From a virus, in IMG/VR virus record IMGVR_UViG_3300017967_005407, positions 12,598-76,597 of that record: a stretch of 64,000 nucleotides of DNA. One strand, 5' to 3'. Position 1 is the stretch's first letter, and each line of letters starts with the position of its first letter. The notes beneath the pieces were generated by a model. It saw nothing but the letters and a program-made list of their open reading frames with translations, made no database searches and was not told where the DNA came from. A program made the position numbers and the translations under genes. Positions 59,214 through 64,000 of the stretch are shown piece by piece.

Positions 59214-59270
59214 TGTATTCCTTTCATCAGTGCTAATATTAATATAACACTATTTACATATCTGTCAACC
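59214..59270 (-). promoter_or_regulatory. Sigma70-like promoter/leader (TTGACA...TATATT...GCACTGA...AAAGGAATACA)
   Basis: Same architecture as 60395..60458. Confidence 0.55.
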
Positions 59271-59302
59271 AAAAAAAATGGGCAACTCGAAAGTTGCCCA
59301 TT
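59271..59302 (-). terminator. Rho-independent terminator
   Basis: 11-bp stem AATGGGCAACT/AGTTGCCCATT with a TTCG loop and poly-T tail on the minus strand, 8 nt after the ATPase stop. Confidence 0.85.
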
Positions 59303-59310
59303 ATACACCG

Positions 59311-60393
59311 TTATGCGCTTTGTGCAGCCTTGATGTATTTGCCATACCGCTCATGAAACTCATCAAAGCATTCAACTTCGTCTGGATCAATTGGCAACGA
59401 ATATTGTGTAAGTGCAAGTTTAATGCCCATTACTACTAATTCTGTTTCAAAATTATCCATTGCAAAACGCAAGAAGTTGTTTACTTTGTCATCAAACTTT
59501 TTATCATTTGCGTCTGATGCTTCTTTAAGTTCATAACAAAGAGATACAGTCAAGGAATACTTGGCACTGATTTCTTTTGTTTGTAGCTCTTTAACCTTAC
59601 CGTTGAGAATATCGGTAGGATTCGGCATGTTTGCAGCGACTTTACGGTGCGCCATAAATTTGACAGCCAACCCTTCACCAACTGCACCTGCAACCAAATC
59701 TGTTGTAGTGCCTTCGTCGAGTTGATCGTCTAGCAATTCGCTTACAAAACTCCAGCTACGTGGAGTAGCAAAACTACGGCTTGAACTTTTAGGATCAAAA
59801 TCGTATAAGTCTTGTTTAGCAAATTGCAAATAACCGACAACATCTTGGTGTATTTTATTGTCAACTGCCCAGTTAAACCAGTCGTCAAAATTAACACCCA
59901 TTTCGATGTGAATAAATCGGTTAGCAAGCGGAGCAGGCATACGATATGTAACACCTTTGTCTGCTTCGCGGTTACCTGCCGCAACGATAATCACGTTGTC
60001 GGGCAGTTTGTACTGTCCTACACGACGATTGAGAATTAACTGATACGCTGCCGCTTGTACAGCAGGAGCAGCTGAGTTCATCTCGTCTAAGAACAAAACA
60101 ATATGATCGTATTCAGCTGCCATAGCCTCGTCTGGCAGCTCTGCTGGAGCACCCCAAACCATTTTGTTAGCATTGCTATCAAAATACGGAATGCCTTTAA
60201 TATCTGTCGGTTCCCAAAGTGACAAACGAATGTCAATTAGAAAACTATTAGGCAGACTATTTGTAATCTGCGCAACAATATCCGACTTACCAATACCTGG
60301 AGGACCCCACAAAAAGATCGGACGTTGTTTCTGCATTGCAACTCGCAGTGCATTTTTAGCTTTATTTGGATTAAGAGTACGTGCTTCTGACAT
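59311..60393 (-). CDS. MoxR-like AAA+ ATPase
   Basis: Walker A GPPGIGKS, Walker B FLDE, 'AAGN', 'PLANRF', 'TPRSW'; adjacent to a VWA partner. Confidence 0.9.
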   Translation of the reverse strand: MSEARTLNPNKAKNALRVAMQKQRPIFLWGPPGIGKSDIVAQITNSLPNSFLIDIRLSLWEPTDIKGIPYFDSNANKMVWGAPAELPDEAMAAEYDHIVLFLDEMNSAAPAVQAAAYQLILNRRVGQYKLPDNVIIVAAGNREADKGVTYRMPAPLANRFIHIEMGVNFDDWFNWAVDNKIHQDVVGYLQFAKQDLYDFDPKSSSRSFATPRSWSFVSELLDDQLDEGTTTDLVAGAVGEGLAVKFMAHRKVAANMPNPTDILNGKVKELQTKEISAKYSLTVSLCYELKEASDANDKKFDDKVNNFLRFAMDNFETELVVMGIKLALTQYSLPIDPDEVECFDEFHERYGKYIKAAQSA

Positions 60394-60394
60394 G

Positions 60395-60458
60395 TGTATT
60401 CCTTTTTGTTTCAGTGCCTATACATAATTTATATAGTAATTGATATCAAAGGTCAACC
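60395..60458 (-). promoter_or_regulatory. Sigma70-like promoter/leader (TTGACC-N17-TATAAA...GCACTGA...AAAGGAATACA)
   Basis: Same architecture as 59214..59270. Confidence 0.55.
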
Positions 60459-60683
60459 TTTTTTCTTTAATTTTACCAAAAAACTTCCTGGATTGTGTCT
60501 TTCTTGTCTGTATTCTCTAATAAGTGGATGATTTTGTGCCCATGTAGGAAATTCACGCATCATTGCACCTTGTCCTGTTATTACTGTAACTTTTTTATAA
60601 TTATCATAATATGCTCGTTCTATAGAACGTTTAAATTTGCGCCATCCTTCGTGTATGTGACATCCATGTAAATCAATTCTCAT
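60453..60683 (-). CDS. Stand-alone Smr/MutS2 C-terminal domain protein
   Basis: 'RIDLHG', 'VITGQG', 'NPGSFLV'. Confidence 0.8.
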   Translation of the reverse strand: MRIDLHGCHIHEGWRKFKRSIERAYYDNYKKVTVITGQGAMMREFPTWAQNHPLIREYRQERHNPGSFLVKLKKKG

Positions 60684-61056
60684 TACCTTGTCTCTTCATT
60701 GCTTTTGTAAGTCCATACTTACGTAAATCGCCACTAAAGAGAGTAAGTTCGACTGCTTTTTTTTCGTTTGTAACAGTAATACTTCTGTTTGTAAGATAGT
60801 AAGGACAGTCAATAAATTGATCTAAAAAGATAATAACTTGGGTTGTCATGGGCATATCACGTGGATATGGAATATCATATGTTTGTAGTTCTATTTTAGT
60901 AATAACATCCATGCCGTCGTCGGTAAGTCTAAGTCCACCAACATCTTTATTACGTGTGTTGTACCACCATATAGGCATCATTGCTTTTACATTTTGTTCG
61001 CTTGTGCTTTGTCCTAATTCTCGTAAAAATAATTTTGTGTATACAATTTTATTCAT
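60673..61056 (-). CDS. Hypothetical protein
   Basis: Start moved to ATG 61056, which overlaps the upstream stop. Confidence 0.7.
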   Translation of the reverse strand: MNKIVYTKLFLRELGQSTSEQNVKAMMPIWWYNTRNKDVGGLRLTDDGMDVITKIELQTYDIPYPRDMPMTTQVIIFLDQFIDCPYYLTNRSITVTNEKKAVELTLFSGDLRKYGLTKAMKRQGNEN

Positions 61057-61339
61057 TTGAAATAGTTTCACCGTTAGTTAACTTTACAACAGTGAACAAA
61101 TCAGTTTTAAACATTTGATTTAATTTTTTTGCTAGATTATGTGCATGACCAGGGTTTGAGAAACTTGTTTTTTTATACTTAGGACCGGGGTAGTTTGTTA
61201 AACCATTTGAACTTTTAAGATTAAAAGGCTCATTATTATAAAAAACAGCCCAAATTGCTTCAGCTGCTAAAATTTGTTCACATTTGTAAGTAGCTGGATT
61301 GGTATATTCCATTAGTATATTTGGCTTAGGTCTACTCAT
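61049..61339 (-). CDS. Hypothetical phage protein
   Basis: GGAG RBS; ATAAATA at 61365-61371 upstream. Confidence 0.7.
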   Translation of the reverse strand: MSRPKPNILMEYTNPATYKCEQILAAEAIWAVFYNNEPFNLKSSNGLTNYPGPKYKKTSFSNPGHAHNLAKKLNQMFKTDLFTVVKLTNGETISNE

Positions 61340-61390
61340 ATGCGTCTCCGATTAACTACGCATATATTTATCCTTTTTATACGCCTTTAA

Positions 61391-61633
61391 TTACCAATCC
61401 GAGCCTTTACTACCTAATTCTATTACAATATCTTCAATAGAACCGCCTGCGTTTTCTTTAACAAATTTTTCTAAATCGCCATTTAGTCTTGCTAAAACTA
61501 TTCCTAAAGTAAATGCAAGATTTTTTGCAGTTGTAATATCAAGTTTAACCTCTCTAGCATTGCTACTATCTGCTGATTTTACTTTTTGGATAAATTGTTG
61601 TAATGGAATAGTATTAATTGGTTCTATTGACAT
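61391..61633 (-). CDS. Hypothetical protein
   Basis: 80-aa ORF overlapping the upstream gene. Confidence 0.65.
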   Translation of the reverse strand: MSIEPINTIPLQQFIQKVKSADSSNAREVKLDITTAKNLAFTLGIVLARLNGDLEKFVKENAGGSIEDIVIELGSKGSDW

Positions 61634-62087
61634 GCTTTAGTTTTTCTTTCATTTCTAATTCAGTCTTAAAAGGCCCGATGTAATCATTACGTTCTATTGT
61701 AATCAGTTTTGGACAAAAACTTTTAAGCCAATTAACATTGAATTTGATTAAGTAAAATCCTGCACAATAAACACTTTTACTTTTTTCACTTTTAGTGAAT
61801 AAAGGCAATTTTCTTTTAATATCAAACATACTATTATAAGGTAATCCTTTTGATGGATAACCATGTACTTCATATATTTCGTTTGAATTTTTGTTGTTAA
61901 TTTGTTTTAAAATAAATTGCAAACCAACATGTTTTTTTAGCTGACGTTCGTTTGAGTAAACTTTAACATCGCCTTGTTTTGCAAGAATAAAGCCATCTTC
62001 GTTTTTACTCAATGTGCCTACTCTTTGTCCGTTATCTTCTACTATCCAAAATTTGTTTTCTAATACTGGTTTTGCTTTTACGCTCAT
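61614..62087 (-). CDS. Hypothetical protein
   Basis: ATGA overlap with the exonuclease gene. Confidence 0.7.
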   Translation of the reverse strand: MSVKAKPVLENKFWIVEDNGQRVGTLSKNEDGFILAKQGDVKVYSNERQLKKHVGLQFILKQINNKNSNEIYEVHGYPSKGLPYNSMFDIKRKLPLFTKSEKSKSVYCAGFYLIKFNVNWLKSFCPKLITIERNDYIGPFKTELEMKEKLKHVNRTN

Positions 62088-63064
62088 GAATTATATCTCG
62101 CTTGTAATGGTTCAGCATAACTAGCTGCTTGATCTGCAATACGTTGTAAGTCCCAACGAGCACAAAATTTCATTAGACGCATGCCTACTTGACTTACATT
62201 TTTACTTTCTGCTTGATTAATTGTGTTATTTATTTCTTGTCTAATATTTTCAGGTTGTGCAGTCAAATCACAAAGTGTTACGTTACGATTGTAATCATCA
62301 AGTACACGATGCTCTATACCTTCATGATCTACCCAACGTTGTAGCATCATGTTATTCCAATTGTAACCTTTAGTTTCTTTATCAGCAAATGCTTCTAACA
62401 AACCTACTTTGTTCTTAGTGCCTTTCTTGCGTACACCTGGATAAGCACTAAACACATTATCGCTAGTGTCACCACGCATACATTTTTCAAATAACATAAA
62501 AGCAGGATCTGGTGACGCTTTAGGTTCTTTAGTTTTCTTATCCACAACATGACGACCTTTGTCGTCAAAGTATCCTTCATGGGTAATAGTTGTGTTACTA
62601 ACACCATTATATTGCCGCACGTTAGGAGCAATCAATTGTGCAAAGTCGCCATCTGTACTAATAATTACATGATCGTCATCTGGATGATTTTGTATCCAGC
62701 CAGCAATAAGATCATCTGCTTCTAGTACAGGATTGTGTAATACAGTGCAGTTAGTCTTGTCTGTAACAAACTCTTTAAACTCATCAAAGATTTCCCAAAA
62801 CACTTTATCTTCTTCTGCTTCACGTGGACTCATTGCATCGCGATGTTCTTTACGGTTGCGCTTATACGGCTCGTAAAAGTCTTTACGCCAACTGCGTCCT
62901 TCTAAGCAGAAAACAACGTGCGAACCATTAAAGTCCTGCCACGCTTTCTTAATACTGTTAAGGGTAATATGCATTGCCATGCCAACTTTAGTATCAATGT
63001 CGCCACGTACAACATGTCGAGCACGGAAGAATGTGTTAGCAGTGTCAATTAAAATATAAGTCAT
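62084..63064 (-). CDS. rnh: 5'-3' exonuclease / T4 RNase H-like flap nuclease
   Basis: 'ILIDTAN', 'YKRNR', 'EADDLIA', 'STDGDFAQL', 'GDTSDNV'. Confidence 0.85.
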   Translation of the reverse strand: MTYILIDTANTFFRARHVVRGDIDTKVGMAMHITLNSIKKAWQDFNGSHVVFCLEGRSWRKDFYEPYKRNRKEHRDAMSPREAEEDKVFWEIFDEFKEFVTDKTNCTVLHNPVLEADDLIAGWIQNHPDDDHVIISTDGDFAQLIAPNVRQYNGVSNTTITHEGYFDDKGRHVVDKKTKEPKASPDPAFMLFEKCMRGDTSDNVFSAYPGVRKKGTKNKVGLLEAFADKETKGYNWNNMMLQRWVDHEGIEHRVLDDYNRNVTLCDLTAQPENIRQEINNTINQAESKNVSQVGMRLMKFCARWDLQRIADQAASYAEPLQARYNS

Positions 63065-63444
63065 GATACTTCACTTTTGCCTTTGTCTATTGGTACTACA
63101 TTAATATAACCGGCATTTCGTGATGTGTCAAGTCCTTCTTCCTGTAACATATTGTAAATAATATCACGGAACCAACGATCAACTATTTCTTCTTCTAAAT
63201 CAGCTTCTGTACCATAACCGTTTTGGATTAATTCTTGAATAAAAAACTTGTTCCAATCTAACTCAAAAAACCCGTTTCTAATGTTTTCTTCATTAACTTG
63301 CATATCAAGAACGTTTACCCAAGGCTCACCACGTTTTGTTGCAGCAGCTTTGGGATCTGTTTTATCTAAAACAGCTAGTTCTTTTTCTTCAATTTCTTTT
63401 TCTTTAGCAGTTATACCTGTTATGTCTTTAAGCCACTTTTTCAT
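63061..63444 (-). CDS. Hypothetical protein
   Basis: Coupled overlaps on both sides. Confidence 0.7.
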   Translation of the reverse strand: MKKWLKDITGITAKEKEIEEKELAVLDKTDPKAAATKRGEPWVNVLDMQVNEENIRNGFFELDWNKFFIQELIQNGYGTEADLEEEIVDRWFRDIIYNMLQEEGLDTSRNAGYINVVPIDKGKSEVS

Positions 63445-63626
63445 TAGTATTCCACCGTTTGTTTTAGATACTGTATCTCAATAAGTTTAGATTCTGTATC
63501 ATCGTTGTATCCATCGTGCAACCGATAGGATACTCCTTGTTTATATAATTTTACGTTTAACCTATTTACATCTTTAATAAGTGTATTAAGTTCTTTTATC
63601 ATTTCGGCTACTTTTGGATCTTTCAT
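63444..63626 (-). CDS. Small hypothetical protein
   Basis: AGGAAG RBS; TAATG overlap downstream. Confidence 0.6.
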   Translation of the reverse strand: MKDPKVAEMIKELNTLIKDVNRLNVKLYKQGVSYRLHDGYNDDTESKLIEIQYLKQTVEY

Positions 63627-63695
63627 AATTGCTTCCTTATCTTTTCGTATTCCTCTTCGCTTTTAATGCCTTTTGGAATACTATCTAAGTTTTCT

Positions 63696-63998
63696 TTAAG
63701 TGCCCCAGGCATTTCCGAATAGGCTAATGTGCAGTCTTGGCGAGAACCTCCACCCTCGTTCCATACAGAGGTTCGCCACCTCCTGTACGTTGAGAGTGTA
63801 TTCTTCCGACCTACCCCCAAGCGGCATGAGATATACAGGAACGTCCACGCCCGCTTCACGGTAGGTATCAACTGCTCTACTAACTTCGTCAACATCACTC
63901 TGATCAGCAACAACAAACTTAAAATACATATCGCTGCCATCAACAAGGGAATACTCACGAGCAACATCAGGCTTGATAGCATCATCCCAAGACTCGCC
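63696..63998 (-). CDS. queE: 7-carboxy-7-deazaguanine synthase QueE-like radical SAM protein, C-terminal part (5'-truncated by the window edge)
   Basis: Frame is open to the window edge: GESWDDAIKP...YFKFVVAD...VYLMPLG...GWRFSPRLHISLFGNAWGT. Confidence 0.75.
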   Translation of the reverse strand, partial: GESWDDAIKPDVAREYSLVDGSDMYFKFVVADQSDVDEVSRAVDTYREAGVDVPVYLMPLGGRSEEYTLNVQEVANLCMERGWRFSPRLHISLFGNAWGT

Positions 63999-64000
63999 CG

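Noticed and set aside
1446-63985. Many 60-165 aa ORFs antisense or out of frame within larger genes (e.g. 15973..16470, 19274..19723, 40833..41201, 63623..63985)
   Set aside because: Shadow ORFs fully overlapping well-supported genes, with no recognisable motifs.
1-64000. Eukaryotic giant virus or cellular chromosome origin
   Set aside because: Shine-Dalgarno motifs, coupled overlapping ORFs, sigma70 promoters, baseplate/collar genes and T4-like RNase H indicate a tailed phage; no cellular housekeeping genes.
1-64000. CRISPR array, tRNA/rRNA, integrase/transposase, intron/intein, alternative genetic code
   Set aside because: None recognised by eye; long ORFs tile the window under the standard code. 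Short RNAs could have been missed without a covariance search.
1-64000. Specific host or named phage assignment
   Set aside because: No diagnostic marker (capsid, terminase, polymerase, host-derived auxiliary gene) in the window and no search was possible.

Overview
AT-rich, gene-dense segment of what is most likely a large (jumbo-type) T4-like tailed bacteriophage genome. Support: Shine-Dalgarno motifs, ATGA/TAATG gene overlaps, sigma70-like TTGACA promoters and T4-like TAAATA late-promoter motifs. It has three parts. (1) ~1-23.5 kb: a baseplate/tail-fibre module, including a 4528-aa mosaic virion protein, three paralogous fibre-type proteins and two further paralogous structural proteins. 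(2) ~21.4-54.9 kb: an extraordinary enzyme island with 14 radical SAM enzymes (8 with an N-terminal Twitch-like Cys domain, 5 with a C-terminal one, 1 split from its Twitch domain). It also holds 4 glycosyltransferase-like proteins, 4 Fe(II)/2OG-type oxygenases (2 of Asp/Asn beta-hydroxylase type), 2 nitroreductase-fold proteins, an SDR and a methyltransferase. One antisense fibre-like gene lies inside the island and another closes it. (3) ~56-64 kb: minus-strand genes including a MoxR-like AAA+ ATPase/VWA-metallopeptidase pair, a stand-alone Smr protein, a T4 RNase H-like 5'-3' exonuclease and the 3' end of queE. The leading hypothesis (inference) is a phage-encoded pathway that glycosylates and radical/oxidatively tailors virion fibre or baseplate proteins. 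All annotations come from motif recognition by eye; no database search was run. Several starts were moved from the ORF track to better-supported ATGs. I saw no tRNA, rRNA, CRISPR array or mobile element.
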